Positions 19,289 through 28,665 of a DNA stretch of 64,000 nt are shown here, piece by piece (the stretch's first letter is position 1; every line of letters starts with the position of its first letter). A program made the position numbers and the translations under genes. The stretch spans positions 2,144,001 through 2,208,000 of the forward strand of contig OZ223236.1 of assembly GCA_965140445.1 (NCBI GenBank), given 5' to 3'. The DNA is from Candidatus Ozemobacteraceae bacterium (GTDB lineage: Bacteria; Muiribacteriota; Ozemobacteria; Ozemobacterales; Ozemobacteraceae). The notes under the pieces are model-generated. The model made no database searches. It worked only from the letters and a program-made list of their open reading frames with translations, and had not been told where the DNA came from.

Positions 19289-19317
19289 GGGAAGGGCGAT
19301 AATTAATCGCCCTTTCC
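19289..19317. terminator. Hairpin between convergent genes
   Basis: GGGAAGGGCGAT-AATTA-ATCGCCCTTTCC. Confidence 0.65.
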
Positions 19318-19438
19318 ACATTGCGTTAAATTACATCTCGCATTGTGTTTTCCCCCTCCCTTATTTTTGCCCACCTCTTATTGTCTTATTTTCTTATTGC
19401 AGCACGAGGAGGGTAATTTGCGGGTTTGGAACGATAAA

Positions 19439-19819
19439 TCAGGCTTCGTTTTTCCAGAGGCCGTGAAGATTACAAAATTCGCGAACAGTTATTGGCGATT
19501 CGTTAATTGGGAAAAATGCTTCAGCTGGTTTTCCTGGGTTAAGAAATTCTGTGTATTTTTTGTTTCCGGCAATAACCTGAATCCATTCGATAAAATGTTT
19601 GTCTTCCATTGGATGTGGAACACTTCCAACTTTAACTTTGATTCCGCCATCAACTTTTTCAACTACAGGAACATGTTTTTCTACACTTGAATCAGCTGTT
19701 TTTTCTTCCAGTAAATTCATTTCCTGTCCACAGCAAACAAGTGCTGGAGCACCGGCGTGAACAACCTCTATTACATTGCCACAAAGTTCACATTTAAAAA
19801 CGTTATGAAGTTTGGTCAT
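19439..19819 (-). CDS. dfx: Desulfoferrodoxin (2Fe superoxide reductase)
   Basis: CELCGN...LVCCG (centre I), and EKHVP, HPMEDKHFIEWI and CNLHGLW (centre II). Confidence 0.96.
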   Translation of the reverse strand: MTKLHNVFKCELCGNVIEVVHAGAPALVCCGQEMNLLEEKTADSSVEKHVPVVEKVDGGIKVKVGSVPHPMEDKHFIEWIQVIAGNKKYTEFLNPGKPAEAFFPINESPITVREFCNLHGLWKNEA

Positions 19820-19846
19820 TTGTTCGTCTCCTCTTAATTTTTTGTA

Positions 19847-19875
19847 AATATATCTAAACCTTAGTTTAAGGTCAA
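19847..19875 (-). promoter_or_regulatory. Sigma-70-type promoter of dfx
   Basis: Minus strand TTGACC-N17-TATATT. The spacer contains the imperfect palindrome TTAAAC-TAAG-GTTTAG. Confidence 0.6.
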
Positions 19876-19950
19876 ATGCTTAAATATTAATTTTTATCAT
19901 TTTGCCAAAAAATGTTACAATTACACTATACAGCAATTCAGGGGAAAAAT

Positions 19951-20544
19951 ATGCTAAAAAAAATATTCATGTTAGTTGTGTTGTCAGCTACTCTATCAGT
20001 GGTTTGTTTCGCTGCAGACCCTCAGAAAATAGAACTTACTGATCACAGTGTGATTTTTGGTACAGTGATAGAAATGAAAGATGGAAACTATAGGATAAAA
20101 ACTCCAGCTATGGGTGAAATAACTATAGAAGCAGACAAAATTCTTTCAATAAGAAATTCAAAAGTTTTGAGTGAAAGTCGTAATAGCTCAGAAGAAACAG
20201 CATTGACCCCGGAAATTAGAATTTCAGAAGGTAAAAGAAGCGCAACTAGAGCAAAGAGAAGAGAAGCACCTTCTAATAGTCAATCTCAAGCAAATACTTC
20301 TTCTGATAACTTGCATTTTCAACAGAAATCAATAAATTCAAGAGTACAATCAATGACTTCCGATGGAAACTTTTTAAATCAAATGATGGATTTAAGTGGA
20401 AGCTCGGAAATGGGGCAGGTAATGTCTGATCCAGAAATAATGGAAGCTATTTCAAATAATGACTATGACTTCCTTATGAATAATGACAAAATGAAAGAAT
20501 TGATGGATAGCGAAGGAATAAAGGATCTGCTTGGGGATTTTTAG
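19951..20544 (+). CDS. Hypothetical exported protein
   Basis: Signal peptide from ATG 19951, a small beta domain (IELTDHSVIFGTV), a disordered linker and a Met-rich helical C-terminus (STI1-like appearance). Confidence 0.7.
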   Translation: MLKKIFMLVVLSATLSVVCFAADPQKIELTDHSVIFGTVIEMKDGNYRIKTPAMGEITIEADKILSIRNSKVLSESRNSSEETALTPEIRISEGKRSATRAKRREAPSNSQSQANTSSDNLHFQQKSINSRVQSMTSDGNFLNQMMDLSGSSEMGQVMSDPEIMEAISNNDYDFLMNNDKMKELMDSEGIKDLLGDF

Positions 20545-20621
20545 ATTAGATTAAAATAGATAAAATAAAAGCGCGTAAGTTTGGTTACCCTGGTCAGAAA
20601 AGGATACAAGAGGTATAAAAG

Positions 20622-21242
20622 ATGTTAGACCTGGGAAAAAAGTATACAGCTTTGGTTGTATTGTTTTTAACTATATTTGGAACTGTGACAGTCAATCTGA
20701 ATGCTGCTGATGAAACAAATGTGTTTAGAAAGACTGTTTCTTTTGATGAGCGCTTTTTAGATGTAAGAACATTTCTTCTGCGAGTTTGCAAGAAATACAA
20801 TTATTCCTTAATTATTAGTAAAGATGTTAGAAGTTCAAATAAAGAGATTATAGGAAGCAATATCGAGGAGATATTAGGCAACTATCTGAATCCAATGGGT
20901 CTAAGCTGGAAGCTTTTTGAGAACTGCATTTATGTGGCCAAAAAGAAGGACCTTGATTTCTTTTTTGAAAATCTTCCGGTTATGGAAATGGGAATTCCTG
21001 AAGGAAAAAAAGGAAAAACCTTTAGCGGTGAGTTTGAAGAAATAGATATTTCTCTGCTTTGTCATATTCTAAAAAGTATTTCCGGGGTTGATATAAGGGC
21101 AAGTGAAAACTTAAAGCAGGCAATTATGATGAGATCCGTTGATATGCCCTGGAAAAGAATTCTGGTGGCTTTAATTTACTTGAATAGATTTCGAATGATT
21201 CGCACAGATTTTTCTGTTTTGATTGCCCCCGAAGAACTCTGA
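20622..21242 (+). CDS. Exported protein with two STN/secretin-N0-like domains
   Basis: VSFDERFLDVRTFLLRVCKKYNYSLIISKDV and FSGEFEEIDISLLCHILKSISGVDI...DMPWKRIL resemble PilQ/GspD N-terminal domains. Confidence 0.55.
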   Translation: MLDLGKKYTALVVLFLTIFGTVTVNLNAADETNVFRKTVSFDERFLDVRTFLLRVCKKYNYSLIISKDVRSSNKEIIGSNIEEILGNYLNPMGLSWKLFENCIYVAKKKDLDFFFENLPVMEMGIPEGKKGKTFSGEFEEIDISLLCHILKSISGVDIRASENLKQAIMMRSVDMPWKRILVALIYLNRFRMIRTDFSVLIAPEEL

Positions 21243-21283
21243 AATTATTAATTAATTTAAAACTCCTGCCGATACCAAGTGCT

Positions 21284-22678
21284 ATGAAACGCATACTACT
21301 TTCACTATGTCTATTTATTACTGGTTTAGCTGTAGTTGGCTTTACTTCAAGACCTTACAGCGATTTGGCAGAATATAAACGCTTGCCGATGAAAACCAGA
21401 ATTTTGCGCATGCAGAAAGCTGGTGAAGAACTTTTTCTTCGTAGGCGATATGAAGAAGCTCTAGTAGTGTTTCGCAATATTCTAAGTTTAGATAAAAAAA
21501 ATATGAGTGCAATGCTCTGGATTACAAAAGTTTCAGAGAAAAAACTTAGAGAAAAACAGCAGGAAGATAAAAAGGATCTTTATCGTCGCTATGGTCAATT
21601 GATTCCCAAAGAAATGACCTATCACAACTGGCATTGGGGTCCTTCAGCTGGGCATTTTGAAGTCAGATATTCCAAACCAAAGCCTTATGTACCTCCAGTG
21701 AGAAAAGTTCATCCAAAAGCAAGTGACGAACAGATAAAAGAAGCGGAGAAGCTTGCTGAATCAGGAAAGGCTGAAGATTTGTTTGAGCTTTCCATGAGAT
21801 ATTGGTCAAGAAGAATGACTGATAAGGCGGTAGCAGCCTTTTTTAAGGCAACTAAAGCTGACCCCATTATTCTGGCAAATGACGATGAGCTGCTATTAGC
21901 AACAGTGAGAGAAGAAATTGATAAAAAGATAGAAAGCGGTAAAGCTTCTCCGGTAGATTATTTTACCAGCGGAAAAATTGCAATGATTCAAGGTGACAGA
22001 AAGCTTGCTTCCAGTCATCTGATTAAAGCCGCAATGGGCGACAAGAAATTAAAAAGCGAAATTAATCCAATCATGCTGGATTTTGTTGAAAATGTAATTG
22101 CGAAAGAACAGCCGGTTCCAGCGGACATTTTTAGCTTTCGCCAGGCCTATGTTTATGAAAATCAACAGGATTTGATTTATCTTGATATTTCTCTGACCCC
22201 TAGAACAGATGGAACAATTATTCCCATTGATCTGTCGCTATCGCAAAAATCGGTTTCTAAAATTGAGATTGTTTCAGATGACGCTGTTTTTGCATATAGT
22301 CTAAAAGGCGTAGAAGATTCGTTGCGAATCTGGGTTGTATTAGCCGAAAAGGATTCAAGATTTGCACAATTTGACGTGAAGATGATTTTGCATATTGATA
22401 ACAAAGCGGCTCCATACGTTGAGCTTTCAAATTATAACCAGTCGGCGGAACAGCCGGACAACTGGGCTTTTGTAGTCGGCCCAGAAACTAGTTTTGGCGA
22501 AAGTTTTCCTAAGGGCGATCAAGAAAAACTTGATAAAGGTTTAAAAATTAGTGGTTTTCAGCTTGGACTTTATGATGGACGTGGACCAATGTTAGATCTG
22601 TCCAATTTTAAAAATCCTCTGCCAAGAAAAGTCAATATCTGGAAGCTTATAGAAAAGCAGATTGCTGATAGCTATTAG
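21284..22678 (+). CDS. TPR-containing exported protein
   Basis: Signal peptide and TPR-like helices (GEELFLRRRYEEALVVFRNILSLD; AVAAFFKATKADP). Confidence 0.7.
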   Translation: MKRILLSLCLFITGLAVVGFTSRPYSDLAEYKRLPMKTRILRMQKAGEELFLRRRYEEALVVFRNILSLDKKNMSAMLWITKVSEKKLREKQQEDKKDLYRRYGQLIPKEMTYHNWHWGPSAGHFEVRYSKPKPYVPPVRKVHPKASDEQIKEAEKLAESGKAEDLFELSMRYWSRRMTDKAVAAFFKATKADPIILANDDELLLATVREEIDKKIESGKASPVDYFTSGKIAMIQGDRKLASSHLIKAAMGDKKLKSEINPIMLDFVENVIAKEQPVPADIFSFRQAYVYENQQDLIYLDISLTPRTDGTIIPIDLSLSQKSVSKIEIVSDDAVFAYSLKGVEDSLRIWVVLAEKDSRFAQFDVKMILHIDNKAAPYVELSNYNQSAEQPDNWAFVVGPETSFGESFPKGDQEKLDKGLKISGFQLGLYDGRGPMLDLSNFKNPLPRKVNIWKLIEKQIADSY

Positions 22679-22718
22679 AAAATTCGTTTTTCTGGAAAAT
22701 TGGCTGTAAGCTTTTTGG

Positions 22719-23075
22719 CTAAGCCACCCCAAATTTGCTCCTGAAAATGAAGAAAACTGCCCCCAATATGCATATTCCTGCGTAAATGAAATCGACTTTA
22801 AATGGTTCTTTCATGTAAAAAATGGAAAAGGGAACAAAAACCATTAAGGTTATTACTTCTTGTAAAATTTTTAGCTGGCCAAGGCTCAGATGTCCATAGC
22901 CAATTCTATTAGCGGGCACCTGCAGCAGATATTCAAATAAGGCTATTCCCCAGCTTATTATGGCTGCAATTATCCAGGGTTTTGAATTTAATTCTCTTAA
23001 GTGCCCATACCATGCAAACGTCATGAAAACATTGCTGCAAAATAGAAGAATAATTGTGCTAATTACTGGATTCAT
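22719..23075 (-). CDS. DMT superfamily small membrane protein (DUF486-type)
   Basis: SNVFMTFAWYGHL...SWGIALFEYLLQVPANRIG...QLKILQEVITL. Confidence 0.92.
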   Translation of the reverse strand: MNPVISTIILLFCSNVFMTFAWYGHLRELNSKPWIIAAIISWGIALFEYLLQVPANRIGYGHLSLGQLKILQEVITLMVFVPFSIFYMKEPFKVDFIYAGICILGAVFFIFRSKFGVA

Positions 23076-23233
23076 TTTTGGTCCTTGCGCATAAATAGTA
23101 GTTTGAGAATGAGAGCTATTATCTCGTTAATTAAAGCTAATTTCAAGTAAAACTGGTGTCTGAAAAATGCGATTTCTTATTAAAGCTCCAATGATGTATC
23201 ATTAATTTATATGATTGCATTGGGAGACATTTA

Positions 23234-24826
23234 ATGAAGAAAATTCTCATTGCCGATGATAGCCGTACACTTCGAGAAATGCTGAAGTTTGAACTTGAAA
23301 AAATACCTGAGTATAAAGTTTATGAAGCTTCCAGTGGAGACGAGGTGCTTAGAAATGTTGAAGAAATACAGCCAGACTTGATTACTATGGATATTGACAT
23401 GCCTGGTAAGGATGGTTACGAGGTCTGTGCAGCATTAAAAAGCAGGGAAGACAGTATTTCTCGGATACCAATTATCTTTCTTACCGGCGAAGACACTCTT
23501 GAGGGAAGGCTTAGGGGACATAGGGTTGGTGGAGATGATTTTATTATAAAACCCTTTGTTCCGGGAGAACTGCATGCTGCTGTAGAAAAGCAATTGTATG
23601 ACAGGGACGAGATTTCAGGCGCTACGGTTTTGGTAGTTGATGATAGCTCTTTCATCAGAAAAATTCTTGAAAACTATCTCGCCGTAGAAGGAATAAAGGT
23701 AATTACCGTAGATCGTGGAGACGCCGCTTTAACAATGCTGCGAAGGATGATTACTCGGATTGATGCCATTATTACAGATTTCAACATGCCGGGGTTGAAT
23801 GGCGAAGAACTTTGCCGAGCCATTAGAGTGGATATTGGAGATAGGGATATCCCAATTGTTTTTGTTACAAGCAAAAAAGAAGTTACTGAAAAATTGTTTA
23901 ATGCCGGCGCTACTGACTTTTTGTTGAAGCCTTTTTCAAAAGAGGAATTATTGTCGAGAATTAAGGTTCATCTTAGAGTTATGATGACTAAAAGACTCCT
24001 ATATCAGAATCTAATAGATGTTAAAAAGCTTTCAAGAGAATTGGCAAATCAGAATTCTCAAATTGAAATTGCAAAATCTAGAATTGAAGAAAAAAATAAG
24101 CAAATTGAAGATGATTTAAAGATGGCTGGAGAATTTCAGCATGAGTATCTTGGGTTTAGCGAAATTCCGGATTTCCTCAAATTTAGTTCGAGATATAGAC
24201 CTCATACATACGTTTCTGGGGATTTCTATTTTGCCAGACCCAACTTGAATGGGGATTTCAACCTTATGATAGGGGATGTTGCCGGCCATGGAGTAGCTCC
24301 TGCTCTGGTTTCGGTGATGGCAAATACTCTGGTTGAAAAAATGAACGAGGAACCTTCTTTAAGTAACCTGATGAGCCGTTTAAATAATGATATTGGAAGA
24401 GTTATTCCAGATAATCGCTATTTAACAGCAGTATTTTTAAGAATTTCAAGTGATGGTTTACTTAGGATTACTAACGCTGGGCATCCGGGAGTAATCATTT
24501 TGTCTCAAAATCAAGATGAGGTAATTGTTCTTAAACCAGAAGGTGTTCCTTTGGGGATGTTCGAAAAGGAGCCAGAGGACTTCGAAGAAATGGAATATCA
24601 ACTAATGACCGGAGATAAAATCTTTTTATATACCGATGGAATAATTGAACAAACAAATAAAGATGGAGAATACTTTGGGCTAGATAAATTGGAAAACCTT
24701 CTATTAGAAAGCAAAAGCTGTGATCCAGATGCCATTCTGGCAAAGGTTTCCATGGAATTTAAAAAGTTTTTTGGTAGAGCCGAAATCAATGACGACATTA
24801 CTTTGATAGCAGTTGAGTATATTTAA
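23234..24826 (+). CDS. Response regulator with two REC domains and a SpoIIE/PP2C phosphatase output
   Basis: ILIADD...DIDMPGKDG...KPF, VLVVDD...DFNMPG...KPF, a coiled coil, then SGDFY, GDVAGHG, YTDGI and DDIT. Confidence 0.93.
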   Translation: MKKILIADDSRTLREMLKFELEKIPEYKVYEASSGDEVLRNVEEIQPDLITMDIDMPGKDGYEVCAALKSREDSISRIPIIFLTGEDTLEGRLRGHRVGGDDFIIKPFVPGELHAAVEKQLYDRDEISGATVLVVDDSSFIRKILENYLAVEGIKVITVDRGDAALTMLRRMITRIDAIITDFNMPGLNGEELCRAIRVDIGDRDIPIVFVTSKKEVTEKLFNAGATDFLLKPFSKEELLSRIKVHLRVMMTKRLLYQNLIDVKKLSRELANQNSQIEIAKSRIEEKNKQIEDDLKMAGEFQHEYLGFSEIPDFLKFSSRYRPHTYVSGDFYFARPNLNGDFNLMIGDVAGHGVAPALVSVMANTLVEKMNEEPSLSNLMSRLNNDIGRVIPDNRYLTAVFLRISSDGLLRITNAGHPGVIILSQNQDEVIVLKPEGVPLGMFEKEPEDFEEMEYQLMTGDKIFLYTDGIIEQTNKDGEYFGLDKLENLLLESKSCDPDAILAKVSMEFKKFFGRAEINDDITLIAVEYI

Positions 24827-24841
24827 GCTTAGTTTTTTTTC

Positions 24842-24888
24842 AAAAAAAAAGCGCCTGTTTCTAAAAGTTTTGAAACAGGCGCTTTTTT
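24842..24888. terminator. Bidirectional Rho-independent terminator
   Basis: A9-GCGCCTGTTTC-loop-GAAACAGGCGC-T6 between convergent genes. Confidence 0.9.
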
Positions 24889-24893
24889 AATGG

Positions 24894-26516
24894 TTACTCA
24901 GTTCTATTATCAAGGATAGAAAGAAGTTCGTCGCATTTTTCTTTAGCTCTATCTTTTAATCTTTCAGCTTCAGCAGTTATTTCTGAAACAAACTTTTCAT
25001 CTTTTATTCCACCCATATTAATCAAAACATTTTGATATCCACCCCAAATTCCAACTTCAAGTGCTCTTGCACCTACCTGGACATCTGATTTAGAGTTAAT
25101 ATTACCGTGCCTGGCTACTTCAATCATCATATCCCATGCGCTATCGCCAAGTTTCATTGTTTTTAGAGGGATTTCAATTGCCTTTTTTAAACCAAGTTGC
25201 ATTTGTTCAAAGCGGATCTTTTGTTCTGCTTCAGTATTCTTAGGCAGTCTCATCGCATCCACATAGTCGTTGAAGGCATTTGTGTCTGCATCAATCATTG
25301 GAATCAATTGCATGGTTGCATTGTGAAGCGGGGGAACTATTTTTCTCATCTGCTCATCAAGATGCTCAAATTTTCTTACCCCATAAGTAAGTTTTGCAAC
25401 CATTGAGCCAAGGCCAGCACCTATTGCTGCAATTGCAGCTGAAGCACTTCCGCCCCCAGGAGCAGTCGTTCTTGCATTAATTGTCTCAATGAATTTTCTG
25501 GTGCTCATTGATGCGAGCGGCTCATTGGGCTCTTCTCTGATGATGTATTCAATGATTCTTTCTTCTGGTTTGAATTGAGAAACTGAATTCAGGCCAAGAC
25601 GATCAATTACGAGCTTAATTTTTTGCTCTTCATCAATAATAAAAAGTTTTTCTTTTTCGATATAGAAGTCGGCAGCCTTTAACATTGCTTCTAATGGAAT
25701 TAATCCAACAAGTTCAGAACCTGCAACGCCAACTTTTAGCTTTTCTGCTTCTTCTTTAACTGCTTCAAAAACTTCGTGTGGAGCAGTTACGTTAAAATTG
25801 TTCAGATTGAAAGAGCACTGGGCCATATTATACTCATCAACAAACCAGCCTAACCCCTTAAGGTCCTTGAATCTCCCGCGTTGGTCCGGACCTCTACCAG
25901 CTTCACGAAGGTCAAGAGCTATTCTATGTGCTTGATTACTGGTTCCAAGAATATTGATGTTATAAGCAACCAGGAAGAACCTGGCACCAGTTACTGTTGC
26001 GCCCCAGGAGGGTACAAATTCAGCCGGGCCGTAGTCTGGTTTCCATTCTGGTTGAGTAATTCTTTCTGGAATGGCTTCATATTCGCCTTTTCTAATTTGT
26101 GGAAGCTTTTTACGATATTCCTGATCCTGAGAATATTCGTAGAGATAGAAAGGAATCTTTAACTCTTCAGCCGCTCTCTCAGCAAACTTCTTTGAAACCT
26201 CAACGCATTCTTCCATAGTTACATTTGCTACTGGAACAAATGGACAAACATCCATCGCACCCATTCTTGGATGTTCTCCAGTCTGAGTTCTCATATCTAT
26301 CTTTTCTCTGGCAACTCTTGCTGCTGCCAAAGCACCTTCAATTATCGATTCAGGATCACCAACAAATGTGTAAACCGTTCTGTTAGTAGATTTGCCAGGG
26401 TCTACATCTAATAATGTAACTCCATTAACCCCTTTTATTGCCTCAGCAATAGCATTGATTACATTTTGATCTCTTCCTTCTGAAAAATTCGGAACACATT
26501 CGATGATCTTATTCAT
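24894..26516 (-). CDS. ftcD: Bifunctional glutamate formiminotransferase / formiminotetrahydrofolate cyclodeaminase
   Basis: ECVPNFSEGR, NRTVYTF and GEHPRMGAMDVCPF (FT domain), fused to APGGGSASA...DADTNAF (CD domain). Confidence 0.96.
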   Translation of the reverse strand: MNKIIECVPNFSEGRDQNVINAIAEAIKGVNGVTLLDVDPGKSTNRTVYTFVGDPESIIEGALAAARVAREKIDMRTQTGEHPRMGAMDVCPFVPVANVTMEECVEVSKKFAERAAEELKIPFYLYEYSQDQEYRKKLPQIRKGEYEAIPERITQPEWKPDYGPAEFVPSWGATVTGARFFLVAYNINILGTSNQAHRIALDLREAGRGPDQRGRFKDLKGLGWFVDEYNMAQCSFNLNNFNVTAPHEVFEAVKEEAEKLKVGVAGSELVGLIPLEAMLKAADFYIEKEKLFIIDEEQKIKLVIDRLGLNSVSQFKPEERIIEYIIREEPNEPLASMSTRKFIETINARTTAPGGGSASAAIAAIGAGLGSMVAKLTYGVRKFEHLDEQMRKIVPPLHNATMQLIPMIDADTNAFNDYVDAMRLPKNTEAEQKIRFEQMQLGLKKAIEIPLKTMKLGDSAWDMMIEVARHGNINSKSDVQVGARALEVGIWGGYQNVLINMGGIKDEKFVSEITAEAERLKDRAKEKCDELLSILDNRTE

Positions 26517-26551
26517 ATCTTTTCCTTTTCCCTGAAAATTTGGCTCAAATT

Positions 26552-26606
26552 GGCCATAATTATAAGTCTTATGGCCTTATATAGCTTATTTAAAATTCTT
26601 TGTAAA
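26552..26606 (-). promoter_or_regulatory. ftcD promoter with an adjacent palindromic operator candidate
   Basis: Minus strand TTTACA-N17-TATATA, followed immediately by GGCCATAA-N9-TTATGGCC (26552-26576). Confidence 0.5.
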
Positions 26607-26664
26607 GTGCTAAAGCCCCTTTTCTAAAAGAGCATTTAGAACATCAGAAAAGCCCCAAAAAAAC

Positions 26665-26709
26665 AAAAAAGCTCAGCTTCTGATTTAGCATCAAAGGCTG
26701 AGCTTTTTT
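26665..26709. terminator. Rho-independent terminator of the ETF operon
   Basis: A6-GCTCAGC...GCTGAGC-T6. Confidence 0.85.
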
Positions 26710-26718
26710 GCAGAACTT

Positions 26719-28665
26719 TTATTGAGTTAGCGCCTTTATGATGACCGGAATAGCTTCTTCTATTCCAGCTTTTAGATAGTAATCGCTCACATTTTTTATT
26801 GGCGCATCTTCATCAGGATTTATTGAAATAATCATTCCAGAGTTTTCCATGCCTATTTGATGTTGAATTGCCCCAGAAACTCCAATTGCTATATAAATAG
26901 GTGGTTTTACTACTTTGCCTGTTTGACCAACCTGATTAGAGTATGGTAAAAAACCAGCTTCCATAGCTGCCCTGGTGCATGCAAGTCCTGTTTTTACTCC
27001 CCATTTGTTAGCTATAGCTTCTGAAAGTGGGATTGCAAGTTTTTCAAGATTTGATTTATCTCCAATGCCTACTCCAACACAAACAATCACTTCGCATTCA
27101 TCAAGACTGATTTTATCCAACTGTTCTTGTTTTTCATTTTCTTTAACTACCAGCGAAAAATGGTCTTTTGAGGGATTTTTCTGGGGGATAAGTTTTGTGG
27201 GGCTGATATTTTGTGTTGCAAAAACTTGCTTTGGAAAGACTCCAGGCCTAACTGTTGCCATTTGTGGAGCCCCATTTTCCTTTCCACGTAAAGCTACGAT
27301 AGTAGCCATTATATTGCCTCCAAGGGCGGGGCGGGTTTGATGAAGGATTTTTCCAAGATGAATTTTTTCGCCTTTAAAATTAGTTGAAAAGTCTGAAATC
27401 TCAAGTCCGGTGCAATCTGCGGTTAACCCGGCTTCTAGTCTGGCAGCTACTAGTGGAGCAATAACTCTACCTGCAAGGGTAGCTGAAACTAGAACAATCT
27501 GAGGAGCATTGCTTTTTATTGCAGATATTAGTGCCTCTGAGTATTCTTCCACAATGAAATGATCAGAAGTTGACTGTGAAATGTGGATTATTTTTTCTGC
27601 CCCAGCTGATTCTAACTCCGAGATCATTTCTAAACTAATTTTTTCAGAAACAACAAGTGCAACACTTTTTGAACCTAACTTCTCGGCTAAAAGCCTGGCT
27701 TGCCCTAGAAGCTCAAGGCTTCCACCAACAATGTTTTTATTTTCCAGTTCGCAAAATACAGCTACATCTCCATTATAATGAGGCTCAGAGGTGCTGATTT
27801 TATTTGCTTCCAGAATTTTATTTCCGGAATTTTTCTCTCCTGTTTTTAAGAAGTTTTCAATTTTGGAGAGCATTTCTGGTATCTTAATTTTTAAAATTTC
27901 TTCTTCTGAGAAATCTATGGCCAGTCCTGTTCTGCCATTGTCTTCTGGTGAAAAAATCTTTACAACTCTTGTATAGGAACCATTTAATCCTATGTGCTTT
28001 TTATCAACCCCTATTTTTTCATTGTTCCAAATTTCAACTGTTGTTTCTGCGGCTTCTGCCATTTTCTCAAGTTGAGTAAAGAAAGGTAAAGTAGGAACAA
28101 AGTTTGTAACAGTTAACATTGCAGGAACCCTTGAAAGTTTAAATTCCCTTCTTCCAATTGGCTGTAATGTTTCTATAAAAAAATCATTGTTTTGATATGA
28201 AAAAGATGAAACATAAGGAAGCACCGGAAATTTTAAAAATTCTGCAACCTGAAGGGGGACTTGTGCTGTATCACCATCAGGACTTTGCATGCCAGCAATT
28301 ACTAGGGGCGAAGAAAGATTAAACTCGTCCACTATTTTTTTTATGGCGGCAGCGAGTGTTCTTGCTGTGGCTATTGTGTCAGCTCCTCCAAATGAGGGAT
28401 CTGAAACCAGGATCGCTTTATCAGCTCCATAGGCAATTGCTCTTCGGCAAACCTCTTCGGCTGAAGGTGGGCCCATTGATACAACAAAGACTCTACCGCC
28501 TGAATTCTTTCTGAAGAAAAAGGCCATTTCAAGAGCTCTGTCGTCCAGTGGATTTGCAACCATTTGAAGTTTTCCACGTAACAGGGTGCCATTTTCTTTG
28601 TCCCATGCGTCTTCTGGAATATTTTCAATATCTGCTACAAATTTAACTAGTACAATAATATCCAT
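26719..28665 (-). CDS. Electron transfer flavoprotein, fused beta and alpha subunits (EtfB-EtfA)
   Basis: EtfB motifs NPLDDRALE, SMGPP, GADTIATA and QSPDGDTAQV, then EtfA motifs GLTADCT, QTRPALGGNIMATI, QVGQTGK and GVSGAIQH, all in one ORF. Confidence 0.92.
   Translation of the reverse strand: MDIIVLVKFVADIENIPEDAWDKENGTLLRGKLQMVANPLDDRALEMAFFFRKNSGGRVFVVSMGPPSAEEVCRRAIAYGADKAILVSDPSFGGADTIATARTLAAAIKKIVDEFNLSSPLVIAGMQSPDGDTAQVPLQVAEFLKFPVLPYVSSFSYQNNDFFIETLQPIGRREFKLSRVPAMLTVTNFVPTLPFFTQLEKMAEAAETTVEIWNNEKIGVDKKHIGLNGSYTRVVKIFSPEDNGRTGLAIDFSEEEILKIKIPEMLSKIENFLKTGEKNSGNKILEANKISTSEPHYNGDVAVFCELENKNIVGGSLELLGQARLLAEKLGSKSVALVVSEKISLEMISELESAGAEKIIHISQSTSDHFIVEEYSEALISAIKSNAPQIVLVSATLAGRVIAPLVAARLEAGLTADCTGLEISDFSTNFKGEKIHLGKILHQTRPALGGNIMATIVALRGKENGAPQMATVRPGVFPKQVFATQNISPTKLIPQKNPSKDHFSLVVKENEKQEQLDKISLDECEVIVCVGVGIGDKSNLEKLAIPLSEAIANKWGVKTGLACTRAAMEAGFLPYSNQVGQTGKVVKPPIYIAIGVSGAIQHQIGMENSGMIISINPDEDAPIKNVSDYYLKAGIEEAIPVIIKALTQ

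Noticed and set aside
19343..19690. 115-aa plus-strand ORF and the many other short antisense or nested ORFs in the track
   Set aside because: They are shadow ORFs overlapping well-supported genes, with no SD or family motifs.
26568..26579. 12-mer CTTATGGCCTTA shared with 63939-63950
   Set aside because: A single 12-bp match between AT-rich intergenic regions is plausible by chance.
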